DNA from: an uncultured Bdellovibrionales bacterium
Lineage (GTDB): Bacteria; Myxococcota; XYA12-FULL-58-9; CAYHNK01
DNA length: 44,398 nucleotides
Assembly (NCBI GenBank): GCA_964357695.1
Contig: CAYHNK010000005.1
Coordinates: 1-44,398, forward strand
Direction: 5' to 3'
Position numbers and translations under genes: made by a program. Below, one piece after another: positions 31,494-41,164 of this stretch. Below the pieces are notes generated by a model. The model made no database searches and was not told the DNA's origin. It saw nothing but the letters and a program-made list of their open reading frames with translations. The first letter of the stretch is position 1. Each line of letters opens with the position of its first letter.

Positions 31494-31565
31494 GACCGCA
31501 CCTCCGTCGATACCTTGCTCGCGCTCGAGGTGGACGAGTCGTCCCGCAAGAGCTACGTTGTACCT

Positions 31566-32153
31566 ATGCCGCCCGGACCCGCCCGCCGTCGTGCCACCTA
31601 CAACGATCTCCGCGCCGTCCCCGACACCCTGATCGCCGAGATCGTCGACGGCGAGCTCATCACGAGCCCACGACCCGCCGTCCCTCACGCCCACACGAGC
31701 TCCGCGCTTGGTATCGACGTCGGCGGCCCTTTTCAGCGCGGCCGCGGTGGCCCGGGCGGCTGGTGGATCCTCGACGAGCCCGAGCTGCACCTGGGTGCCG
31801 ACGTGCTCGTCCCCGATCTTGCCGGCTGGCGCCGCGAGAAGATGCCCGCGCTGCCCGACGAGCCCTTCATGTCCGTGGCTCCCGACTGGGTGTGCGAGGT
31901 GCTCTCTCCCTCGACCGCCAGCTTGGATCGCATCCGCAAGCTCCACATCTATGCCGCAAGCCGCGTCAGCCATGCCTGGCTCGTCGATCCGGCCGCGCAG
32001 ACTCTCGAGATCTTTCGGCACCATGAGACGGCCTGGCTGCTCGTCGCGGTGCACGGCGGCGACGAGAAGGTGCACGCCGAGCCGTTCGATGCCGTGGAGA
32101 TCGATCTCGCAGGTCTGTGGCTCGCCCCACGGTCTGCTCCTGCGCGCGAGTAG
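31566..32153 (+). CDS. Uma2-family (DUF820) PD-(D/E)XK putative endonuclease
   Basis: AEIVDGEL..SPRP...H, GGPGGWWILDEPELHLG, VPDLAGWR, PDWVCEVLSPST, K..IYA...V.HAWLVDP. Confidence 0.93.
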   Translation: MPPGPARRRATYNDLRAVPDTLIAEIVDGELITSPRPAVPHAHTSSALGIDVGGPFQRGRGGPGGWWILDEPELHLGADVLVPDLAGWRREKMPALPDEPFMSVAPDWVCEVLSPSTASLDRIRKLHIYAASRVSHAWLVDPAAQTLEIFRHHETAWLLVAVHGGDEKVHAEPFDAVEIDLAGLWLAPRSAPARE

Positions 32154-32158
32154 CGGCC

Positions 32159-33904
32159 TCACCACGGCGCCACCTCGTCGTTGATGCCGATACCGGGTCG
32201 CGAGCCGAGCGGCACCCCACCCATGTTCTCGGCCCGACAGAAGCCATACTCCGGCGCGCTCTCGTGCGGCACCGCGTAGGGGATACACACCTGCTCGGGG
32301 GCGGTGCGGAGCTTTCGCCAGAAGCAGTAGGGACCGCGAATGGCTTGCCAAGTGATGGTGCCGTCCGTCACGGACGCGCCCAACGTCGGTGCTATGGGGC
32401 GGACCGACCCCGTCGTTCCGGCCTGCGTGCAGCGCAAAATCGTGCCGCTGGTGCCGTCTTTGACGTGATTGCCGACGCTCATCACCGCCGCCGCACTCCA
32501 CGGGCGCAGATCGAGCGGCAGGTTCACGCCGGGGCTCTCGGTCGTATCGGCGCTGGTACCATAGAAGACGTTGTGGTCCAGCATCGTCCCGGGGCCAAGC
32601 CCGGCGAGCGAGTCGAGCGCAAGGGCATCGATGATGACGTTGCAGCGCACGTCGTCGTCGCTCGGTCCCCAGCTCGCCTGCAGCCAGTTGTCACCTTCCA
32701 CGATGGTGTTGAGGTAGAGCTCGGTGGTGTCGAAGCCGCCGTAGGTATTCCAGGTCGCCGGCGCCTCCGGGTCGCGCGTGCTCTCGGCCATGTCCCAGAA
32801 CAGATTGCCGACCACCGATAGGTGCTCGTTGCGCGGGAAGCCCGCACCGAGGCCAATGCCGCAGTCCCAGGCGATGTTGTCGCGAAACGACACCCAGTCC
32901 CCGCCCTGATGCCCGACGATCTCGGGCGCGTCGGGATTGCCGGACATACCGACGCTCATGGCGCTGCCGTCGCCGTTGAGCGCCAGCCCGACATTGGGAT
33001 CGCCCGTACGCGCTCCCCACAGACGATTGTGCACGATCAGCATCGCATCGCTCGCGTCGCCCCCTGCCTTGATCGAAATCAGATCCTCGGTCGCCGCGCA
33101 GGGGCCGACGCCGTTGTAGTTGCCGCTGCAATCCGTGTAGACGTCGAGCGATGCGTAGATGTCGTTGTTGTCGACAACGAGACCCGGATGTGAGTATGGG
33201 CCATTGCCGTTCGATACGCCTTTTTGGCAGTCGTAGATCTCGTTGTTGACGACGTGAAAGCGCGGGCCCTCGCCCACCTCGATGCACTGTGCTTCGAAGA
33301 AGGTGTTGGCGACGCTGCGGCGCACGACGCTGTTTTGCAGCGTGTTGTCGGGATTGCCGCTGCGCACCTGGATGAAATGGGCGACGGCATCCTGAAAGAG
33401 CAGCCGGTCAAAGACGAGGTTCGCGTTGCCGCCATCGGGCTCGCCCCACCCGCCGAAGGTGATCGCCGAGTTGATGTTGTCGCCTTGCGCATCGAAGGTG
33501 AGGCGATGCAACACCCAGTGGCTCGCTTGCCCGAAGACGATGGCCTGTAGCCGCGCGCGCGCCGACGGCTGCTGCCGCGCGGGATCGGCGCCATCGTCCC
33601 CGGCGCACGTGTACCTAAGCCAACGCGGCGCCAATGCAGTGCCAGAGGACGTGATCCAAAGTCTCCCTTTTCCGTAATGATCACCGCACTCGAGGCAGAT
33701 GACGCGCGCGCTGGGCTGGCCTTCGATAGCAGACCAGTCGGGGTCACTCGGGCGAACGGTCACCTCGCACGCCGGTGGCGTGCCGACATTCACCTCGTAC
33801 GCCGAGCAGTAGCCGTTGGCATCCGGGATTTGCCAGCTCTCGCACGGCGCGGCCCCCACACGCGCCGACGTCAGGGCTATGAACAAGGCACCCGTTCGCT
33901 TCAT
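32159..33904 (-). CDS. Secreted Cys-capped beta-helix-like protein, paralogue B (shorter, more divergent N-cap)
   Basis: Signal peptide; CESWQIPDANGYC, DWSAI, RVICLECGDH; same Asn-ladder core; C-cap AIRGPYCFWRKLRT...DEVAPW. Confidence 0.9.
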   Translation of the reverse strand: MKRTGALFIALTSARVGAAPCESWQIPDANGYCSAYEVNVGTPPACEVTVRPSDPDWSAIEGQPSARVICLECGDHYGKGRLWITSSGTALAPRWLRYTCAGDDGADPARQQPSARARLQAIVFGQASHWVLHRLTFDAQGDNINSAITFGGWGEPDGGNANLVFDRLLFQDAVAHFIQVRSGNPDNTLQNSVVRRSVANTFFEAQCIEVGEGPRFHVVNNEIYDCQKGVSNGNGPYSHPGLVVDNNDIYASLDVYTDCSGNYNGVGPCAATEDLISIKAGGDASDAMLIVHNRLWGARTGDPNVGLALNGDGSAMSVGMSGNPDAPEIVGHQGGDWVSFRDNIAWDCGIGLGAGFPRNEHLSVVGNLFWDMAESTRDPEAPATWNTYGGFDTTELYLNTIVEGDNWLQASWGPSDDDVRCNVIIDALALDSLAGLGPGTMLDHNVFYGTSADTTESPGVNLPLDLRPWSAAAVMSVGNHVKDGTSGTILRCTQAGTTGSVRPIAPTLGASVTDGTITWQAIRGPYCFWRKLRTAPEQVCIPYAVPHESAPEYGFCRAENMGGVPLGSRPGIGINDEVAPW

Positions 33905-33980
33905 GACCGCACCTCAGCTTGGCTTTGACGCCACGCCCCCACCATCTTGGTTGTTGTCGTCGCCCTCGCCGCCACACACG
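33905..33980 (-). pseudogene. Relic of the 3' end of a MYXO-CTERM partner gene
   Basis: Reads VCGGEGDDNNQDGGGVASKPS* against GGGNGDDRDGGGGVSKVSCGC in 43863..44398, and is joined directly to gaggtgcggtcatga. Confidence 0.6.
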
Positions 33981-33983
33981 CTA

Positions 33984-34002
33984 TCCGGCGCTTCGCGCCG
34001 GA
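33984..34002 (-). other. Perfect 8-bp GC stem with GAA loop downstream of paralogue C
   Basis: Plus strand tccggcgc-ttc-gcgccgga. Confidence 0.55.
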
Positions 34003-34044
34003 GGAGCCCATCAGCGGCCTGTCCACCCCGTGAGCTCGCGGGCG

Positions 34045-35835
34045 TCACCACGGCGCCACCTCGTCGTTGACGCCGATGCCAGGGCGCGACCCGAGCGGCA
34101 CCCCGCCCATATTGTCGGAGCGACAGAAGCCGTACTCCGGCGCGCTCTCGTGGGGCACGGCGTAGGGGATGCACACCTGCTCGGGTGTGGTGCGCAGCTT
34201 GCGATAGAAACAGTAGGGGCCGCGGATGGCCTGCCAGGTGACACCGCCGTCGGCGAAGGTACAGCCGAGGGTGGCGCAAGGCGTTGGCTGTGAGCTGGCA
34301 GAGGTCCCCGAATCGGTGACCTTGTACAAATAGCACTCAGGGTCTGTTGCGGCGATACACGCGGCGGCGGAAGTCGCGAGTCGCATCACGTCGTTCGCGG
34401 CGTACGCCGTCGAGTTGGCGCGCAGGTTCAGTGACTTGCTGACCCAGTCGACTTCCCCCGATGCGGGAGTGCCGTAGTAGACGGAGTGGTCGATCTCTGA
34501 GGACCCGCCGCCAAGCCCGGTCGCCTGGGGCGCGTCGATCGCCACGTTGCAGCGCACATCCAGGTTCGAGTTGCCTCCAAAGCTTCCCCATTCCTCGTCC
34601 GCCCCCGCGATGTCGACGAAGGTATTCAGGTAGATTTCGCTGCTCTCGACCGTCCCCTCCAGGATGATGCCAGCACCGGCGTCGTTCCCGTGCCGCTTGA
34701 TGTTGTAGATGACGTTGCCGGCGACAGAGACGTTGCTGGTGGTATGGTCGTAGGCGAACCAGCCAGCTCCGCTCGTGGCGTCGGAGATGATGTTATTCTG
34801 CAGCAGTACATAGTCGACCGGCGCTGACGCGTTGCCGTCCAGCGTGAGGGCCATGCCTCCCGTTCCGCCTCCGTCGCAGCACAGGGCGGTGTCCGTCGGG
34901 CGCTGACCCCAGATCCGGTTGCCGATGATCCGGTAGGGCGCGGACGGTGATCCCCCAGCTTTCGTACCCGCGCCTCCGTCTTCCGCCGCCGCGCAGGGAC
35001 CGCTGCCATTGAAGTTGCCCGCGCAGTCCGTGTAAACCGCGGTCGTGAGGTAGCTGTCGTTGTTCTCCACCACGGTGCCGGCTGCGCCGACCCCGGTCGC
35101 ATAGGTCCACATGCCGATGTTACAGTCGTACACCTCGTTGTTGACCGCACGCGCGTTCGGGCCGGCGCCCAGAATGATGCCGGAGTGGCTATTGCCATAC
35201 GAGTGTCGGCAGTTGCGAAGTAGCGAGCTCTGTATGGTTACGTCGACACCGCCAAGGCTGGCGGAAGCACCCGAGCCCCAGCTCGCGCCATAGTTCTCCA
35301 CCAGCACCCGGGAGAGGATGCTGTACGCGCCGCTGAGCGCCACGTGGTAGTCCTGGTCGGAGGATGAGTCGAAGGTGAGGCGGTGGACAACCCAGTAGTC
35401 CCCGAGCACATTGAGCTGCTGGAACTTCGCTTGGCTTGTGCCCGCTTGGCGCCACGGATCGTCATCGGCGTCTCCCTGTCGGTAGTAGCGCAGGATCTTG
35501 CGCGCTCCGGAGGTGCCGCTCGACCCGAGCGTGAGCGTGCCGCGTCCGGTGTGATCCCCCGCCTCGATGCAGATGACGCGGTGGGCCCAATCATCGATCG
35601 CCGACCAATCATTCGTCGGCGCTGTGCTCGTCGTGATGATCTGGTCACATGGCAACGCCGCCAGCCCGTCGACGTCGACATCACATCGTGGATTCCCCGC
35701 CTTGCACTCGTAGAGGGCGCAGTAGCAGTTGGCGTCCGGCGTCTGCCAAGACTCGGCGCACGGGGGACATTGCGCCGTGGCCACGCGCGCTATGGCTAGC
35801 ACCGCGATGGCAAGAAACGCCGACGCCCAGTTCAT
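34045..35835 (-). CDS. Secreted Cys-capped beta-helix-like protein, paralogue C
   Basis: MNWASAFLAIAVLAIARVATA signal; N-cap nearly identical to A and D; C-cap ends DEVAPW; ATG overlaps the stop of 35832..36857. Confidence 0.9.
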   Translation of the reverse strand: MNWASAFLAIAVLAIARVATAQCPPCAESWQTPDANCYCALYECKAGNPRCDVDVDGLAALPCDQIITTSTAPTNDWSAIDDWAHRVICIEAGDHTGRGTLTLGSSGTSGARKILRYYRQGDADDDPWRQAGTSQAKFQQLNVLGDYWVVHRLTFDSSSDQDYHVALSGAYSILSRVLVENYGASWGSGASASLGGVDVTIQSSLLRNCRHSYGNSHSGIILGAGPNARAVNNEVYDCNIGMWTYATGVGAAGTVVENNDSYLTTAVYTDCAGNFNGSGPCAAAEDGGAGTKAGGSPSAPYRIIGNRIWGQRPTDTALCCDGGGTGGMALTLDGNASAPVDYVLLQNNIISDATSGAGWFAYDHTTSNVSVAGNVIYNIKRHGNDAGAGIILEGTVESSEIYLNTFVDIAGADEEWGSFGGNSNLDVRCNVAIDAPQATGLGGGSSEIDHSVYYGTPASGEVDWVSKSLNLRANSTAYAANDVMRLATSAAACIAATDPECYLYKVTDSGTSASSQPTPCATLGCTFADGGVTWQAIRGPYCFYRKLRTTPEQVCIPYAVPHESAPEYGFCRSDNMGGVPLGSRPGIGVNDEVAPW

Positions 35836-36857
35836 GACCGCATGTCCCGGCGCCGACGTAGCGTCAACGCCAGCACCACACCCGCGAGCCACACGAGCAC
35901 GTCCGGGCCCGCCGATTGGCAGCCACAGCTCGGCTGCGACGGCGACCCACCCGTGCGCGTGCACCCAGGAAGAGCCACGTGCACGCAGGTCCCACCACAA
36001 CCATCCGCCTCGCCGCCGCAGGTCGACGCGCACACCGGCAGACACGGCGCCGTGCACATCACATGCAGCGCCATCGACGACCCCTGGTCGAACCGATCGA
36101 TGCCCGCGAACGTATCCGTCCCGGTCTCGTCGTCCATCATCACCGCCAGCGCGAAGCTCGTACCCCCGTCGCGCGCCGCCTCGAGATCTGCGAACGACGA
36201 CGAGGAGAGTGTGAAGGTCTTGACCCCCGTCGTGCGAAGGTCCGTCGTCGCCGCGACGTAGTTGTCGCTCGACACGTCACACGCGGCGTACATGGCGCTG
36301 CCGCTGTCGGTCTCGGGGTCACCGAGTCCGTCGCCACCGTAGGGACCTATCGACCAGGTCTTGGTACCGAGGCCCGCGGACACGTACGAGACGTTGAACG
36401 ACAGCTCGGCCGTCGCCACCTCTTGGTCCGCAGGCAAGGCGGAGATATCAAAGCGCATGCCGACCCGTAGGATGGTGCTCTGCGGCCCGGCCGAGTGCGC
36501 GGTCCAGCTGCCTTTGGTGCCGGTGTCCTCGACGTCGTTGCTGTAGGTGGCCGGCAACATGACATCACACGCGGACACGGTCGGAGTCTCGCAGGTGCCG
36601 CCTCCCGTGCAGCAGAGCGAGGCGCAGTCGGAGCCGCTCCCCAGGGTGCCACCCGTGCAGGTCTGACCGCTCGTGCAACAGACGCCGCTCTGCTCCGCGC
36701 AGGTCTGGCTCGGCACCGTGGCGGCACCGGCTTCGAGCGCGCCCGGCGTACCGGTGCGCGTTGTGCCGGCGAGATCGTAGTCGAAGATGTTGGCCAGCGC
36801 CGAGACGGGCGACAGCAGCGGGAGTGAACAAAGGCACAGCGCGACCTTGCGGTTCAT
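35832..36857 (-). CDS. Secreted MYXO-CTERM protein with Cys-rich linkers and a beta-sandwich (DNRLRE-like) domain; partner 1
   Basis: Signal MNRKVALCLCSLPLLSPVSALA; MRFDISALP....VATAELSF; SCGCQSAGPD-TM-RRRR. Confidence 0.85.
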   Translation of the reverse strand: MNRKVALCLCSLPLLSPVSALANIFDYDLAGTTRTGTPGALEAGAATVPSQTCAEQSGVCCTSGQTCTGGTLGSGSDCASLCCTGGGTCETPTVSACDVMLPATYSNDVEDTGTKGSWTAHSAGPQSTILRVGMRFDISALPADQEVATAELSFNVSYVSAGLGTKTWSIGPYGGDGLGDPETDSGSAMYAACDVSSDNYVAATTDLRTTGVKTFTLSSSSFADLEAARDGGTSFALAVMMDDETGTDTFAGIDRFDQGSSMALHVMCTAPCLPVCASTCGGEADGCGGTCVHVALPGCTRTGGSPSQPSCGCQSAGPDVLVWLAGVVLALTLRRRRDMRS

Positions 36858-36899
36858 CGGCAGCCTCACATGCTGGTTGCGGTCCATCTGACGTAGCGT

Positions 36900-36916
36900 A
36901 GCAGGAACGATGCCGT
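36900..36916 (-). promoter_or_regulatory. Putative sigma-54 promoter for partner 1 / paralogue C
   Basis: Minus strand ACGGCATCGTTCCTGCT = GG-N10-GC, ~43 bp upstream of the ATG; TGTAG-N8-CTACA dyad at ~36989-37006. Confidence 0.55.
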
Positions 36917-37032
36917 CCGGCCGCTCGTGCAATGTCGCGGGGTTACACTGTCGCACCGTGGGCGTTGCTGGGGCCTGCCGGCTACAGCTGTAGGGTCGCG
37001 GCTACAAGCGATGAGGTTCCCCGGGTGCGCCG

Positions 37033-40000
37033 CTAACGCCACACGACGCGAGTGCGAATATCCGCCCCCAACACTGTCACCGGCGCCGGTCCAACCACCG
37101 CGCTTGCGGTTACGTGCTCTTGTGGGATGAGCTCCAGCTGGAAGGCGTTGTCGTAGCCGGAGCGACTGCACGCGGCGACGCCGAGCGCCAGTGTTGTCAT
37201 GATGAGCGCCGAGCGCAGCCACCGTTGGCGCGAGGTGAGCCCCCCGGTAACGATCAGCACCAGCAGCCACACCGAGCTGTCCGGCGCTGCGGCGCAACCG
37301 CGCACGGCCGTGGGCGAGACAAAGTGCGCGACGAGCAGCCAATGCTCACCGACCGTCGCGGCGATGGTCGCGTTGGGCGCAAAGCGCCAGAGCGCGCCAT
37401 CGGTCTCGTCGGTGGCATCACCAAGGAGCACGTCCGCGGCGCTGAGACTGCCGTCCGCGTCGACGTCTCGATACAGCTCGATGCGTGCGGGAAGGCGAGC
37501 TGGCGGCATGGGATAGAGCCTTCGCCAGCGCATCGACTCGACGCGCACATCCAGCGGTACCTGACCGCTCACTTCGAGGCGCACAATGCCGAGGATGAGC
37601 GACTCGGATCCGCGGGCGCGCACGGCGTCGAGCTGCGCCCCCGACGTGACGCGCAACGCCGAATCATCGCCACTGCCGCCACAGGACGCGAGCGGCGCCC
37701 CGGCAAGGCAGACACCGGCGTCATCACAGCGCTCTTCACCGTTGCACGGATCGGCATCGCTGCACGACGTATCCACCGGAGCAGGTGGGTACACGCACGC
37801 ACCGGTGCCGGTGTCGCAGACACCGACCGCCACGCGGCACGCGCCGGGAGCGCTGTCGCAAACCACCGCGACGCCGTTGCCGCAATCACCCACCGCGTCG
37901 CAGATCTCACCCTCGGTACAGAGATCCCCGTCGTCGCAGTCTTCGCCCAGGCCCAGTCCGACGCACGGCTCGGGCGCGCCCGAGAGCACCTCGCTCGTGA
38001 GCAGCGGCACGCTCGCCGTGCTCATGTCACCCGACTCGAGCGCCAGCTCGAGAGTACGTGAGGCGGGCGTGACCACGTCGACCCACCACTCGAGGCGCAC
38101 GCGGTCGCCCGGCGGCAACGTCGTCGACGCACAGGGCACGGTGGCGCTCGGACACGCAACCGAATCCACGGACCGCGCCGGCACCACGATTCGCAATTCC
38201 GCCATCGTCGTCGCCGTGGTCGGCAACGTCGCCACATTGAGCGACGTGAGACGCTCGCTCTGAAAGATGAGCGCGCCGTCGCTATGCCGTTTGACCCGCG
38301 CAAAGAGGTAGGCTTCACCAGTGCCGGAGCCACCACTACTCTGACGTACGTCGGCGCGCAGCGTCCAGGTCCCACTCACGGCGGTGGGCGAAACAAAGCC
38401 TGCCGGCGTATAGACGTACTCAGCTGCCTGCCCCGGGCCGGGGCACAACAACTCGACTCTCGCGGCACCGGCTGCGCCAAGCGCCCGGCAGACGATCGTA
38501 TCGCGCTCGGACGCTACGTGACCACCCGCCGTACCACTCGGATGCTGGGTCGTCATGTCCCGCGTGGCGCCGCCGAGCGTGCTCTCGCGGTGCAGATACA
38601 GCTGCTCATGCGACCTGGCGATGCGCACGACCCGCGGGGCCGACATCTCGCCACCAACGAGCGCCTGCACCGCGTAGTAGCCTGCCGCGACCCCCGCGTC
38701 ACCGGGCACCGTGAACGTGACTCGATCCGCACCGAAGTCGCGGGCGTGCGTGAGCCGCCCGTCCCATACGCGGCCATCGGTGAGCGAGCGCAGCACGATG
38801 CGCGGCACGTCCCCCGGCGAGGCCGAGGTCGCGCCGCCGCTGCCCTCGGAGCAACCCAGCAACCGCGCGCCATAGGCCACGACAGTCGCCCCGGAAGGCC
38901 AAGGGTCAACCGGGAGCCCACGTCCGAGGAGCCCCAACACCGGCACACAGGCCGCGGGCGCAGTCGGGGCGGCCGACCACACCGAGACCGCGGCACTGCT
39001 ATCGCCGCCGGTGACATTGCCGCCGGCAAGCCACGCCCGGCCGTCGACGAGCACCTTGCCCCAAAGGTCGTAGCGCGGCACGGTGAGGATGCCCTGCTGC
39101 TGCCACGCGTCCGTCGCCGGGTCCCAGACATCGAGCGGCGCGACGTCGTAGGTGACGGAGGAGTCGTACCCGCCGCCGATGAGCATCCGGCCGTCCGGGA
39201 GCAGCATGGCGACATGATTGGTGCGCAGCTCCGCGGGAAGCGCCAGCGTGCTCCAGGTCCCTGTGGCCGGGCTCCATACTTCGGGCGGGTCACTGTTCAT
39301 GTAGTTGCCGACCGTCACCGCGCGCCCGTCGGCAAGCAATATCAGCGTGCCCCCCGTGTAGCTGCGGTCGCCGCTCGTGCTCCAGCGGCCCGAGCCGTCG
39401 TTGGCGCGCGGGTCCCACAGCTCAGTGCTCACGGGATTCGTGGCGACGCCATCCCAGCCGCCGGTGATGAGCACCCGACCGTCGTAGAGCAGCACGCTGG
39501 CGTGCTCCACGCGCGCCGCCGACATGGCGCCGGCGTCGCTGAAGCTGCCGACACCGCCCGCACCCTGAGGATCCCAGACCTCTGCTGATGCGAGCGCGGG
39601 CGCCGCACCGGTGCCGCCCACGACGAGCACGCGACCGTCGTGCAAAAGCACGCCAACCGCCGCCCCGCGCCCTTCGGCGAGCGACCCCGTGGCGCTCCAG
39701 GCCCCGGCGCCCGCGTTCGCCGAGGGGTCGAAGACCTCTGCCGAGCCGAGCTCTCCCGACGACCCGAGTCCTCCCGCCACCAGCACGCGGCCGTCCGCGA
39801 GCAGCACCACGGTGCCGCCGACCCGCCCCACGGACATCGACGGCAGGGCTGTCGCGATCTCGGAGGCCGGATCCCAAGCCTCCGCGGTGGCGAGCCGAGC
39901 GCCGCTCTGCGTGCTCGCACCGCCTGGGATCATCACCCGACCGTCGGGCAGCAGCGCCGCCTCCGTGCCGATCCAAGTGTCACGCGGCTCTGTCAAGCTG

Positions 40001-41133
40001 CCGCCCGCGGTCACCGTGGCGTCGTCGGCCGTCCACAGCTCGGCCGTAGCCGCAACACTCCCCGCGGCGCCGCCCCCAATGACCAGCACGCGCCCGCCCG
40101 GAAGCGTCGTTACCGTATGCTCTGAACGGGCGCTCACCACCGGCGTCTCTGGCGCAAAGTCACTCGTGCCGAGCCGCCACCGCTCGACGGCGGTCAGCGC
40201 GCCGCTGGCGTTGCGACCCCCGATGACCAGCACATCGCCGCCCGAGACAACACCCAGCGCATGCTCCCAGCGACCGACCGACAAGGCAGCCGCTGTTCCC
40301 CAGTTGCCGCTCGTGGGATCGCGAAGCTCCGCGGCGAGCACCGGCTGGCCGGCGCCGTCGACACCCCCCACGACCAGCGCGCGACCATCTCCCAGCAGCA
40401 CGCCGCCGTGGCGTGTGCGTGCGACCTGCAAGGATGGCGCCGCCTGCCAGGCGTTGCCCGTCACGTCCCAAAGCTCTACGCGATTGCTCGGTGACCCGAG
40501 CGCCCCACCTCCGGTGACCACCACGCGACCGTCCGCGAGGCGTATCGCCGCGGCACCCGGCTGGCGCTCGACCATTGGCCAGCTCGAGGTGGGACCGCCG
40601 CGCCCACCGTTAGCGAGCGGGTCCCAGATCTCGCTCCCAGCGCCGCTTCCTTCACCGCCAGCGAGCAACACCCGCCCATCTGGGAGGCGCGTCGCCGTAT
40701 GCGCATACCGGGCACCTCCAAGCGCGTCGGGCCCGAGGCTCCATGCGCCGATGCCAGGATCCCACAGCTCGTAGCTCGTGGCACTCGCGCCACTGGCGCC
40801 GTCTCCGCCGGCAACCAGAACACGCCCGTCGTAGAGCACAGTGGCCGTGTGCCAGCGCCGCGCCAGCGACATGGCGCCGGTGGGCAAAAATTGCCCCGTC
40901 GACGGACTCCAGAGCTCGCAGGTCGCGAGAACCGTGTCAGGCAGGCCCGGCACGTAGCCCCCGGCGATGAGAATACGCCCATCCGACAAGGCTGTTCCCG
41001 TATGCCCGCGCCGGCTCGCGCGCAAATTGCCGCTCGGCGCCCAGCTCCCCTGCCCCCGCGCAGTATCCGCAAGAGTACCTGCTACGGCGAGCGCCGCTAG
41101 GATATACGCTGCGCTTTGTCGCCCGCGCGTCAT
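37033..41133 (-). CDS. Large secreted Kelch-repeat (galactose-oxidase-like propeller) protein with Cys-rich repeats and an internal MYXO-CTERM-like segment
   Basis: More than 12 repeats of R..HTAT.L.DGRVLV.GG...E.WDP; CDDGDLCT...C repeats; RGCAAAPDSSVWLL near the C-terminus. Start MTRGRQ at 41133. Confidence 0.92.
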   Translation of the reverse strand: MTRGRQSAAYILAALAVAGTLADTARGQGSWAPSGNLRASRRGHTGTALSDGRILIAGGYVPGLPDTVLATCELWSPSTGQFLPTGAMSLARRWHTATVLYDGRVLVAGGDGASGASATSYELWDPGIGAWSLGPDALGGARYAHTATRLPDGRVLLAGGEGSGAGSEIWDPLANGGRGGPTSSWPMVERQPGAAAIRLADGRVVVTGGGALGSPSNRVELWDVTGNAWQAAPSLQVARTRHGGVLLGDGRALVVGGVDGAGQPVLAAELRDPTSGNWGTAAALSVGRWEHALGVVSGGDVLVIGGRNASGALTAVERWRLGTSDFAPETPVVSARSEHTVTTLPGGRVLVIGGGAAGSVAATAELWTADDATVTAGGSLTEPRDTWIGTEAALLPDGRVMIPGGASTQSGARLATAEAWDPASEIATALPSMSVGRVGGTVVLLADGRVLVAGGLGSSGELGSAEVFDPSANAGAGAWSATGSLAEGRGAAVGVLLHDGRVLVVGGTGAAPALASAEVWDPQGAGGVGSFSDAGAMSAARVEHASVLLYDGRVLITGGWDGVATNPVSTELWDPRANDGSGRWSTSGDRSYTGGTLILLADGRAVTVGNYMNSDPPEVWSPATGTWSTLALPAELRTNHVAMLLPDGRMLIGGGYDSSVTYDVAPLDVWDPATDAWQQQGILTVPRYDLWGKVLVDGRAWLAGGNVTGGDSSAAVSVWSAAPTAPAACVPVLGLLGRGLPVDPWPSGATVVAYGARLLGCSEGSGGATSASPGDVPRIVLRSLTDGRVWDGRLTHARDFGADRVTFTVPGDAGVAAGYYAVQALVGGEMSAPRVVRIARSHEQLYLHRESTLGGATRDMTTQHPSGTAGGHVASERDTIVCRALGAAGAARVELLCPGPGQAAEYVYTPAGFVSPTAVSGTWTLRADVRQSSGGSGTGEAYLFARVKRHSDGALIFQSERLTSLNVATLPTTATTMAELRIVVPARSVDSVACPSATVPCASTTLPPGDRVRLEWWVDVVTPASRTLELALESGDMSTASVPLLTSEVLSGAPEPCVGLGLGEDCDDGDLCTEGEICDAVGDCGNGVAVVCDSAPGACRVAVGVCDTGTGACVYPPAPVDTSCSDADPCNGEERCDDAGVCLAGAPLASCGGSGDDSALRVTSGAQLDAVRARGSESLILGIVRLEVSGQVPLDVRVESMRWRRLYPMPPARLPARIELYRDVDADGSLSAADVLLGDATDETDGALWRFAPNATIAATVGEHWLLVAHFVSPTAVRGCAAAPDSSVWLLVLIVTGGLTSRQRWLRSALIMTTLALGVAACSRSGYDNAFQLELIPQEHVTASAVVGPAPVTVLGADIRTRVVWR

Positions 41134-41164
41134 CGCGCTCCAATCGTACACGAAGCCGCGCCCC

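Noticed and set aside
31494-32501. 928-aa version of paralogue A from the ORF track
   Set aside because: The extension is the antisense of Uma2 plus an off-frame read of B; the RBS, signal peptide and paralogy place the start at 31493.
33914-33916. Selenocysteine or readthrough at the TGA aligned with the MYXO-CTERM Cys
   Set aside because: The sequence after the TGA is the deletion junction into B's start, not a continuation of the tag.
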